From: Candidatus Iainarchaeum sp.
GTDB lineage: Archaea; Iainarchaeota; Iainarchaeia; Iainarchaeales; JAZDEL01
Length of the DNA stretch: 32,000 nt
Assembly (NCBI GenBank): GCA_043808785.1
Contig: JAZDEL010000002.1
Coordinates: 90,001-122,000 of the forward strand
Reading direction: 5' to 3'
Position 1 is the stretch's first letter. Each line of letters starts with the position of its first letter. The notes under the pieces were generated by a model. It saw nothing but the letters and a program-made list of their open reading frames with translations. It was not told the origin of the DNA and made no database searches. Of this stretch, positions 31,420 to 32,000 are shown in pieces. The position numbers were made by a program, and so were the translations under genes.

Positions 31420-32000
31420 TGATATCTCTCAAGAACGTCGAGCATTGGAAAAGGGGCGTCGATGCGATAGCATCGTTCATTTCCGAGGGGAATTTCCGCT
31501 TCAACGATGCGGGCGTGCACTTCCGCGCAATGGACCCGAGCCAGATTGTTCTCGTGGACCTTGCGATTGAAAAGAGCGCATTCGACGGATTTGAAATCGA
31601 GCCCACTTTCGCGGGCGTTGACATTGTGGAACTCAGCAAGATAATGTCCCGCGCCCTGCCCAACGACAGCATGTCAATGGACCTTTCCGATTCCGAAATA
31701 ATGGTTAAATTCCACGGGGAAATGAACCGCGCATTCAGGCTGCCGCTCATTGATGTGAGCGAGGACGAGGTTTCCCTGCCGAACCACAAGTTCGATGCAA
31801 CGGTTCAGATAACCGGGCGCCTGTTAAAGGAAGCATTGAAGGACGCCTCGCTCTTCGGCAGTTCCGTTATCCTGAAAGTAAAGGACGGCAAGTTCATGAT
31901 TGAGGCACGCGGCTCGCAGGGCGGCCTGAACACGGACGCGGCGAAAACAAAGGGCATAGACGTGCAGGGGAGCAAGGAGGTTGTCAGCAAATACTCCCTG
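31420..32000 (+). CDS. pcn: PCNA sliding clamp, paralog 2 (3' end outside window; not in the ORF track)
   Basis: Manual translation gives MISLKNVEHWKRGVDAIASFISEGNFRFNDAGVHFRAMDPSQIVLVDLAIEKSAF...FRLPLIDVSEDEVSLP...KFMIEARGSQGG...VSKYSL. The frame stays open for 193 codons to the window edge. Confidence 0.85.

Noticed and set aside
1-32000. CRISPR arrays, tRNA or rRNA genes, transposases or integrases, reverse transcriptases, and recognised defence operons.
   Set aside because: No direct-repeat/spacer array was found; tandem repeats have only two copies. No cloverleaf-compatible segment lies in the intergenic regions, and no ORF carries recombinase, RT or Cas signatures.

Overview
Compact archaeal chromosomal segment. 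The archaeal call rests on gene content: Orc1/Cdc6, RFC large subunit, two PCNA paralogs, RNAP subunit L, exosome Csl4, membrane LonB, archaeal-type PheRS alpha and beta, Sec11-type signal peptidase and class III signal-peptide pilins. The gene set and small-genome style resemble DPANN-like archaea, but I cannot test that here. Most of the window is housekeeping (replication, translation, RNA processing, proteolysis), with many apparently leaderless genes 22-32 nt downstream of TATA-like boxes. I found no rRNA, tRNA, CRISPR array, transposase or recognisable defence operon. Six things stand out. (1) At 1.1-4.7 kb, two convergent operons encode six pilin-like proteins, one a 56-aa ORF missing from the ORF track. 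A membrane-tethered ArsR-type regulator sits inside one operon, and the same 32-nt palindrome-plus-TATA module precedes both. (2) A family of structured intergenic repeats includes a two-hairpin module at about 19.06-19.12 kb and 27.27-27.33 kb whose stems differ by compensatory changes. It also includes a T-rich terminal motif present at least three times, and strongly GT/CA-skewed tracts in several divergent intergenic regions. (3) Two diverged PCNA genes lie 0.7 kb apart; the second runs off the window and is absent from the ORF track. (4) A Cys-paired repeat lipoprotein is coupled to a DUF373-like membrane protein. (5) Three lower-GC islands carry a PIN/UPF0175/wHTH module and two orphan genes. 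(6) A cluster of small paralogous membrane proteins contains a 36-nt junction duplication. All functional calls come from reading motifs by eye. No database search was run.
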